Below, one piece after another: positions 16,742-22,318 of a stretch of 22,318 nt of DNA. The notes under the pieces are model-generated. The model did not search any database, was not told the DNA's origin, and saw only the letters and a list, made by a program, of their open reading frames with translations. The translations under genes and the position numbers were made by a program. Where the stretch lies: the NCBI GenBank assembly GCA_938084645.1, contig CALKEP010000080.1:1-22318 (forward strand), read 5' to 3'. The first letter of the stretch is position 1. Each line of letters opens with the position of its first letter. Source of the stretch: an uncultured Phycisphaerales bacterium. Lineage in GTDB: Bacteria > Planctomycetota > Phycisphaerae > Phycisphaerales > SM1A02.

Positions 16742-17830
16742 ATGGAATGCGGCATCGTCGGACTGCCCAACGTCGGCAAGAGCACCCTCTTCAACGCCCT
16801 CACCGCCGCAGGCATCGAGGCCCAGAACTACCCGTTCTGCACCATCGAACCCAACGTCGGCGTGGTCAGCGTGCCCGATCCGCGGCTCGGGGTGATCAAC
16901 GAGCACATCGAGACGCAGAAGATCATCCCCGCGGTGATCCGACTGGTCGACATCGCCGGACTGGTCGAAGGCGCGAGCAAGGGCGAAGGACTCGGCAACA
17001 AGTTCCTCGCCAACATCCGCGAGGTCGACGCCCTGCTCCAGGTCACCCGCTGCTTCGAGGACGACGACATCGTCCACGTGTCCGGCTCGATCGATCCGGT
17101 CCGCGACATCGAGATCATCGGACTGGAGCTCCTCCTCGCCGACGCCGAACAGGTCGACGGTTCGCTCGACAAGGCCCAGCGGCAGGCGCGGTCCGGCGAC
17201 AAGGACGCGAAGTTCCGACTGGGCGTGCTGGAGAAGTGCAAGGCGTGCCTCGACGATGAACAGCCGCTGCGCACGCTCGACCTCAACCCCGAGGAGGCGA
17301 AGGCGGTCAGGTCGTTCGGGTTCATCACCGCCAAGCCGATCCTCTACGTCGCCAACGTCGACGAAGATCACGCCGATGGTTCCGGTCCGCTCGTCGATGC
17401 GGTCCGCAAGTACGCCGAGGAGAACGGCGGTGGCGTGGTGGTGGTCTGCGCCAAGATCGAAAGCGAACTCGCCGAACTCGAGGACGAGGACAAGCTCGAG
17501 ATGCTCCAGTCGCTCGGCATGGAGGAGCCCGCCCTCGCAGTGGTCGCACGCGGCTCGTACGACCTGCTCGGCCTCCAGAGTTACTTCACCGCCGGCCCGA
17601 AGGAGATCCGGGCCTGGACCATCCGCACCGGCGACACCGCCCCCAAGGCCGCCGGCGTGATCCACGGCGACTTCGAGCGCGGCTTCATCCGGGCCGAGTG
17701 CTACCTCGTCGACGACCTCGTCCAGCACAAGAACGAGAAGTCCATTCGCGAGGCCGGGAAGCTCCGGAGCGAAGGCAAGGACTACGTGATGCAGGACGGC
17801 GACGTGGTGAACTTCCTGTTCAACGTGTAG
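16742..17830 (+). CDS. ychF: Obg-family ribosome-binding ATPase YchF
   Basis: [46 protein letters not shown], and a TGS domain with [11 protein letters not shown]...[11 protein letters not shown]...FNV. Confidence 0.97.
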   Translation: MECGIVGLPNVGKSTLFNALTAAGIEAQNYPFCTIEPNVGVVSVPDPRLGVINEHIETQKIIPAVIRLVDIAGLVEGASKGEGLGNKFLANIREVDALLQVTRCFEDDDIVHVSGSIDPVRDIEIIGLELLLADAEQVDGSLDKAQRQARSGDKDAKFRLGVLEKCKACLDDEQPLRTLDLNPEEAKAVRSFGFITAKPILYVANVDEDHADGSGPLVDAVRKYAEENGGGVVVVCAKIESELAELEDEDKLEMLQSLGMEEPALAVVARGSYDLLGLQSYFTAGPKEIRAWTIRTGDTAPKAAGVIHGDFERGFIRAECYLVDDLVQHKNEKSIREAGKLRSEGKDYVMQDGDVVNFLFNV

Positions 17831-17886
17831 GAGGGCCGGCCGAAGGCGTCGCCCCGGGTTCGTCGACCGGAAGGTAGCCTGCGAGC

Positions 17887-18537
17887 ATGTCCACGACCGC
17901 CTCCCACCGCGAGGAACACTGGAACGCCATCACCCACGGCGTCGGCTGCCTCGCTGCGCTGGCCGCGATGCCGGTGCTTCTGGTCCTGGCGGCGGAGCGA
18001 GGCGACACCACCGCCCTCGTCGGCTGCACCGTCTTCGGACTTTCGATGGTGCTGGCCCTGGCCGCATCGACCATCTATCACGCCAGTCGCGATCCCGAAC
18101 GCCGGCGTCGCCTGCGAATCCTGGACCACGCCTCGATCTACGTGCTCATCGCCGGGAGTTACACGCCGATCTGTCTCACCGGGCTGCGTGGCCCCTGGGG
18201 GGACGGACTGCTGATCGCGGTCTGGACGATGGCGTTGGTGGGCGTGCTGCTCAAGATCCGGTTCACCGGCCGCTTCGAGATCCTCTCCACCACGATCTAT
18301 CTTCTCATGGGGTGGGTGTGCCTGGTCGCCGCGGTCCCGATGTTCGAACGCCTTGGCACCGCCAGCCTGATCTCGCTGCTGGCCGCGGGCCTCGCGTTCA
18401 CCGCGGGTGTCGGGTTCTACCTGCAGGATCACCGCCGCGGCTTCCACGTCGTCTGGCACGTGTTCGTGATGACCGGCTGCGCCGGACTCTATGCGGCGGT
18501 GTTCGCGGAGGTCGGCCGGCTCGGGCCGATGAACTGA
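17887..18537 (+). CDS. Hemolysin III / PAQR family membrane protein (TrhA/YqfA-like)
   Basis: EEHWNAITHG, STIYH, DHASIYVLIAGSYTP, YLLMGW and HVVWHVFV; about 7 TM helices. Confidence 0.92.
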   Translation: MSTTASHREEHWNAITHGVGCLAALAAMPVLLVLAAERGDTTALVGCTVFGLSMVLALAASTIYHASRDPERRRRLRILDHASIYVLIAGSYTPICLTGLRGPWGDGLLIAVWTMALVGVLLKIRFTGRFEILSTTIYLLMGWVCLVAAVPMFERLGTASLISLLAAGLAFTAGVGFYLQDHRRGFHVVWHVFVMTGCAGLYAAVFAEVGRLGPMN

Positions 18538-18538
18538 C

Positions 18539-18973
18539 GTGGACGCCGATCCCCGCATCTCACGAATCCGCGCCGCGGCGATCTTGATCATCGCGACGGC
18601 GATCGGGATCTCGTTCGTCGGGATCGGCATCCAGCACTTCCGGAAACCGGAGCCGTTCGAGGCGATCGTGCCGGCGTATCTCGGTTGGCCGCGGTTCTGG
18701 AACTTCACGAGCGGCGGCCTCGAGATCCTCCTCGGCCTGGGCCTGATCGTCCCCGTCGCCCGGCGTTGGTCCGCCCGACTGCTGATCCTGCTGGTGCTCG
18801 CGATGTCGCTGGCCAACCTCAACATGTGGATGAACGATCTTCCATTCGACGGCACCCGCCTGTCCACCGCCGGACACGTGGTGCGGTGGATCATCCAGGC
18901 CGTGCTGCTCATGGTCCTCGTGCTGCTCGGGAGACCGTGGAAACGCGAAGCAGGTCACCGCGGGAACGGATAG
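18539..18973 (+). CDS. DoxX-like small membrane protein
   Basis: 'F..GIQHF.KPE.F.AIVP.YL...SG.LEILLGLGL...ANLNM' pattern with 4 TM segments. GTG start lies 1 nt after the upstream stop. Confidence 0.8.
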   Translation: MDADPRISRIRAAAILIIATAIGISFVGIGIQHFRKPEPFEAIVPAYLGWPRFWNFTSGGLEILLGLGLIVPVARRWSARLLILLVLAMSLANLNMWMNDLPFDGTRLSTAGHVVRWIIQAVLLMVLVLLGRPWKREAGHRGNG

Positions 18974-19034
18974 CCTTCGCGTTCGACCCACGAACCCGAG
19001 GCCGCCTCCCCGAGACCACACCGGAGTTTGAACG

Positions 19035-20111
19035 TTGAAGAAGATCCTCGCCGTCCGTGATGAACAAGCCGCCTCGATCCTCGCGATCCTCAAGCAGGTC
19101 GCCACGGACGACGGTCGGTTTCCCTTGCACGAGATCCACCTCGAGACGTTCCACGCACTCGCGACGCATCTCTTCGAGGCCACCTTCGACCCCGATGCCC
19201 CGACGGTTCCGATCTCCCGAGCCGGCGAAATCGTCGGCGACGATCACGAACTCGCCCTGGAGGTGATGAACATGGCGGGGATCCTCCCGTTCGTGGAAGA
19301 AGATCACGAACAGGAACGGATCGACGCCGTCGGCAGGCTCGGCGACGCGCTCGGAATCGATCGAAAGTTCACGAAGCGGCTTCACCAGTTGAGCCACGAA
19401 GCCGTCACCGGCATGGCGATCTGTCTCTATCGACCTCTTTCCCTCGAGGTCGGGGCACCGCTTTGGAAGGGCACCATCAAGCTGGCGGAGAGCGCCCTCC
19501 ACGTCGATGGGGACCGGGAGACGCTCGCCCGGTACGAGCGTTTCCGCGAACTCCCGCAAGGGACGTTCGGCGAGACGCTCATCCGCTACTACGACGACAA
19601 CGATTTCCCGCTCCCCGGGACCCCCGGCGCCTTCTTCTCCAATTCGCTCACCATCCACGACATGCACCATGTCCTGGCGGGATACCCGACGTCCCCCCTG
19701 GGGGAGACCTGCGTGGTCGCCTTCGACAGCGGGATGATGGACCTCGACATGGGAAAGGCGTTGATCGGTTACATCGCGCAGTTCCAGATCGGCCTTCAGT
19801 TCGACAAGGGACTGCGGTCCTGGAAGAACCAGTTCAAGCCCGAGATCGTGCTGCGTGCCTTCGAACGCGGGGCGAAGGCGTCCGTGAACTACCTCCAGCT
19901 CGACTTCGACTTCGAACCACACCTGGAACGGCCGCTCGCGGATGTCCGCCGTGACTTCGGAGTCGATCCCGAGGGTGCGATCATCGCGACGTCGGAGGAT
20001 CAGTGGTGCGGCCAGGTCGGCGTCGTCGGACAGCGGAACAGTCCCGATCTGATCGAGCGGAAGAAGTCGATCCTCGAACGACTGCTCGCAGGAAAGAACA
20101 CCAAGGACTGA
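19035..20111 (+). CDS. Protein with a C-terminal Coq4-like domain and an uncharacterised helical N-terminal domain
   Basis: SD GGAG 19023-19026 with a TTG start. LPQGTFG..., exact HDxxH-x11-E motif (HDMHHVLAGYPTSPLGE), then '...ERG......PLADVRRDFGV' as in the Coq4 C-terminus. Confidence 0.8.
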   Translation: MKKILAVRDEQAASILAILKQVATDDGRFPLHEIHLETFHALATHLFEATFDPDAPTVPISRAGEIVGDDHELALEVMNMAGILPFVEEDHEQERIDAVGRLGDALGIDRKFTKRLHQLSHEAVTGMAICLYRPLSLEVGAPLWKGTIKLAESALHVDGDRETLARYERFRELPQGTFGETLIRYYDDNDFPLPGTPGAFFSNSLTIHDMHHVLAGYPTSPLGETCVVAFDSGMMDLDMGKALIGYIAQFQIGLQFDKGLRSWKNQFKPEIVLRAFERGAKASVNYLQLDFDFEPHLERPLADVRRDFGVDPEGAIIATSEDQWCGQVGVVGQRNSPDLIERKKSILERLLAGKNTKD

Positions 20112-20130
20112 ATGTCCGTTCGGATCGAAC

Positions 20131-20170
20131 GCCGATCATCGCGGATCCTCTCGGATCATCTCGGGTCATC
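20131..20170. repeat. Four imperfect 10-bp tandem repeats, consensus (g/t)CGGATCATC
   Basis: gccgatcatc / gcggatcctc / tcggatcatc / tcgggtcatc at 20131, 20141, 20151 and 20161. Confidence 0.7.
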
Positions 20171-20384
20171 GCCGAAACACGGATTGAAATTTCCATGTTT
20201 CACGCCGCGAACGGCGCTCGACGCCGGAGAAAATTTCCGCTGCGTGAATGCTCGCGACTTCGGTTCATATTCTCCCGAATCCAAGACCACACGCTTGCTT
20301 CAATCCCGGGTTTCGTGTCTGGTAGGTAACGGAAGCGCACCCGCGGGTGGGGCGCATCCGTTCCCAAACCAAGGAGTTCGAAGA

Positions 20385-21035
20385 ATGAAGATGTGGCAAG
20401 TTTTGTGCGCGGTGGCCATCGCCTCCCCCGCGATGGGTGACCTCGTGGTGAACGGCGGCTTCGAAGCCGGCACCGGCGAAGACGCCGATGGATGGAACCA
20501 GTTGGAGATCTTCGGCGGGTCCGCCTTGGCGTTCACGGATCGCGTCTCCGCCAACGGCACCACGACCGCATACGAGGGCAATGAGTTCATGTACCTCGGC
20601 GTGTTCGGCGCCCCGGACTTCGGCCCCGTGTCCGAGATCCAGCAGCAGACCGCTGCCGGCTCGCTCATCGGAGGCGAGACCTACGACTTCTCCTTCGCCG
20701 GCGTCGGCGTCCCGGGTCCCGGCTCGGTCGCCTTCTACGAAGTGCTCTGGTTCGACGGCGACGGGAGCAGCGGAGGCGGCGTCCAGGGCAGTGCCACCGG
20801 ACTCCAGGTCTGGAACTACACCGACAGCTGGAGCCTCTTCGGCATGGACGGGCTCGTCGCCCCGGATTCGGCGGACTCCGTCCTCATCCAGATTCGACTC
20901 GTGACCGGCGCGTTCGAAGGCGCCGAGGGTTGGGCCGGCATCGACGCCGTGTCCATGGCCCAGATCCCCGCACCCGGCGCCCTGGCGCTGCTCGGCATCG
21001 CGGGACTCGGCGCTCGGCGTCGACGCTCGAACTGA
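20385..21035 (+). CDS. Exported jelly-roll/CBM-like protein with PEP-CTERM-like tail (IPAPG variant)
   Basis: SD AAGGAG 20371-20376, ATG 20385, signal peptide MKMWQVLCAVAIASPAMG. The 'LVVNGGFE...IDAVS' pattern is galactose-binding-like. Ends IPAPGALALLGIAGLGARRRRSN. Confidence 0.85.
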   Translation: MKMWQVLCAVAIASPAMGDLVVNGGFEAGTGEDADGWNQLEIFGGSALAFTDRVSANGTTTAYEGNEFMYLGVFGAPDFGPVSEIQQQTAAGSLIGGETYDFSFAGVGVPGPGSVAFYEVLWFDGDGSSGGGVQGSATGLQVWNYTDSWSLFGMDGLVAPDSADSVLIQIRLVTGAFEGAEGWAGIDAVSMAQIPAPGALALLGIAGLGARRRRSN

Positions 21036-21063
21036 CTCGAGTCGATCATCACGATCCCAACGA

Positions 21064-21100
21064 CGGCCGCCGACCCTGCAAAGGGTCGGCGGCCGATTTC
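21064..21100 (+). terminator. Intrinsic terminator-like hairpin after the IPAPG-tailed gene
   Basis: Perfect 14-bp stem cggccgccgaccct-GCAA-agggtcggcggccg (GNRA loop) followed by atttc. Confidence 0.8.
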
Positions 21101-21280
21101 ATCCCGCGATCGCTGTCACGACGACTTCGCATCGTCGATCGAGTTCGACGGTCACCCCTTCGCCGTCGCGACTGAAGACCGATCCCGTGATCTTTGCGGC
21201 GAGCCCGTACCTTGCAATGGCTACAACAGCCGGAAATTTCCCGCCGCGTGGCGATTTTTCGCCGTCGACCTTCGCTCCAC

Positions 21281-21308
21281 CTGACTTCCGGGGAACACCT
21301 GCTAGATT
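21281..21308 (+). promoter_or_regulatory. Candidate extended -10 promoter for the last gene
   Basis: CTGACT (21281-21286), 16-nt spacer ending TGc, then TAGATT (21303-21308), giving TGnTAnnnT. Confidence 0.4.
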
Positions 21309-21377
21309 CAATCGAATGAGGAGCAACCGTCCCACGAACGGACGCCATGCCTTCTCCATCAGAATCAGGGGTGATCA

Positions 21378-22318
21378 ATGAACTCGAAGACGCTTTCCAA
21401 CCGCAACCATCTCCTCGCGGCCACCGCGATCACCGGACTCATCGGCGCCTCGGCCGCGGCCGACACCATCACGGTCTGCCTGGACGGGTCGTGCGACTTC
21501 ACCGATCCCGCCGCGGCCGCCGCCGTCGCGACCTCCGGCGACGTGATCGAGATCGCGGCCGGAACCTACCTGCTGGACGAGCCGGTCATCATGTACGGAC
21601 CGGGCTTCGAGATCCGCGGCGCCGTGGACGACCAGGGACGGCCCGCGACGATTCTCGACGGCCAGGGCGCCGGACAGGTCCTCGCCATCATCCTGGCGGT
21701 CGGCGAGACCGCGCGGGTGGAGAACACCGTGATCACCAACGGGTTCGCCGAATACGGCGGCGGCCTGTGGGTCAGGCATTCCCTGGTGGATCTCGAGAAC
21801 TGCGTGATCAGCGGAAACCACGCCGAGTTTCAGGGCGGTGGCATGTTCCTCAACACCCTCCCTTTCCTGCCCATCACCTTCGATTCGTGCGAGATCTCTG
21901 GGAACACCGCGTCGCATCCGAAGTTCGACGCTGGCTATGGCGGCGCCGGCTGGCTCGGGGAGGGCCTCGTGAGGCTCATCGACACCGAGGTCAGCGGCAA
22001 TTCGGCGGAACACAGTGGGGGCGGCTTCGGCATGAGCACCGAGGGCGAGATCATGCTCGACGGCAGTCGCATCTGCGGCAATGACGCCTCGGACGTACCG
22101 GGCACGTCACAGGTTTTCGGCGGCACGATCACCATGGTCATGGGATGCATCGACGAGTCCTGCGAATGCACCTTCGACGGGATCGACGCAGACCTCAACG
22201 GCGACGGCGCCGTGAACGGTGCGGACCTCGGACTCCTGCTCGCGAACTGGGGGCAGCCGGGCCTCGGCGACCTGAACGGCGACGACACCGTCGGCGGTGC
22301 GGACCTCGGCCTCATGCT
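21378..22318 (+). CDS. Secreted right-handed beta-helix (pectin lyase-like) protein with C-terminal dockerin-like repeats; runs off the window end
   Basis: Absent from the ORF track because it has no stop in the window. My translation: MNSKTLSNRNHLLAATAITGLIGASAAADTITVCLDGSCDF...GDVIEIAAGTY...TILDGQG...ITNGFAEYGGG...ISGNHAEFQGGG...DLNGDGAVNGADLGLLLANWGQPGLGDLNGDDTVGGADLGLM. Confidence 0.88.
   Translation, partial: MNSKTLSNRNHLLAATAITGLIGASAAADTITVCLDGSCDFTDPAAAAAVATSGDVIEIAAGTYLLDEPVIMYGPGFEIRGAVDDQGRPATILDGQGAGQVLAIILAVGETARVENTVITNGFAEYGGGLWVRHSLVDLENCVISGNHAEFQGGGMFLNTLPFLPITFDSCEISGNTASHPKFDAGYGGAGWLGEGLVRLIDTEVSGNSAEHSGGGFGMSTEGEIMLDGSRICGNDASDVPGTSQVFGGTITMVMGCIDESCECTFDGIDADLNGDGAVNGADLGLLLANWGQPGLGDLNGDDTVGGADLGLM

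Noticed and set aside
17887..18537. Hemolysin III as a toxin or virulence factor
   Set aside because: The family name is historical. Members are widespread PAQR-type membrane homeostasis proteins.
18539..18973. DoxX-like gene as part of a bufferin-type cluster with the Cys-rich peptide
   Set aside because: It lies about 15 kb from the peptide gene, is coupled to the PAQR gene, and no DUF692/DUF2063 gene is in the window.
20319..20335. ggtaggtaacgg resembling the 3' part of a c-di-GMP-I riboswitch
   Set aside because: The upstream GGCAAAC / GAAA / GACGCAAAGC elements are absent.
21196..21217. Sigma54 promoter before the exported-protein genes (also 20284-20299)
   Set aside because: The GG-to-GC spacing is 14 nt rather than 10 at 21198-21215, and the invariant GG is missing at 20285.

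Overview
High-GC (roughly 68-70% by eye) bacterial chromosomal segment. It is most likely from a planctomycete of the Phycisphaerales type, inferred from the PAP/PG variants of the PEP-CTERM tail, a 'DLNGDGxVNGADLGLLLxxWG' dockerin-like tail and a short UvrC. I can support 18 CDSs, two of them cut by the window edges. In order: a partial CDS, a small membrane protein, a shortened uvrC, a 117-aa Cys-rich repeat lipoprotein, a DUF4920-type lipoprotein, pyrC, an HpnN/MMPL-like RND transporter, a VPG-tailed exported protein, a minus-strand run (UPF0173 hydrolase, large class B PBP, RodA/SEDS, rsmG, DinG/YoaA helicase), then ychF, a hemolysin III/PAQR protein, a DoxX-like protein, a Coq4-motif protein, an IPAPG-tailed exported protein and a beta-helix/dockerin-like protein. 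I found no mobile element, CRISPR array or tRNA/rRNA gene. The best candidate for an undescribed system is the (APGAVS...CxxSC)x4 lipoprotein beside the DUF4920 CxxKGC lipoprotein, which could be a surface metal-buffering module or a multicore RiPP-like precursor. Other leads are the Coq4-motif protein, strong HIP1-like CGATCG enrichment, a PBP2-RodA pair without adjacent mreBCD, and three different surface-anchoring tails. All family calls come from motif recognition by eye, not from database searches.
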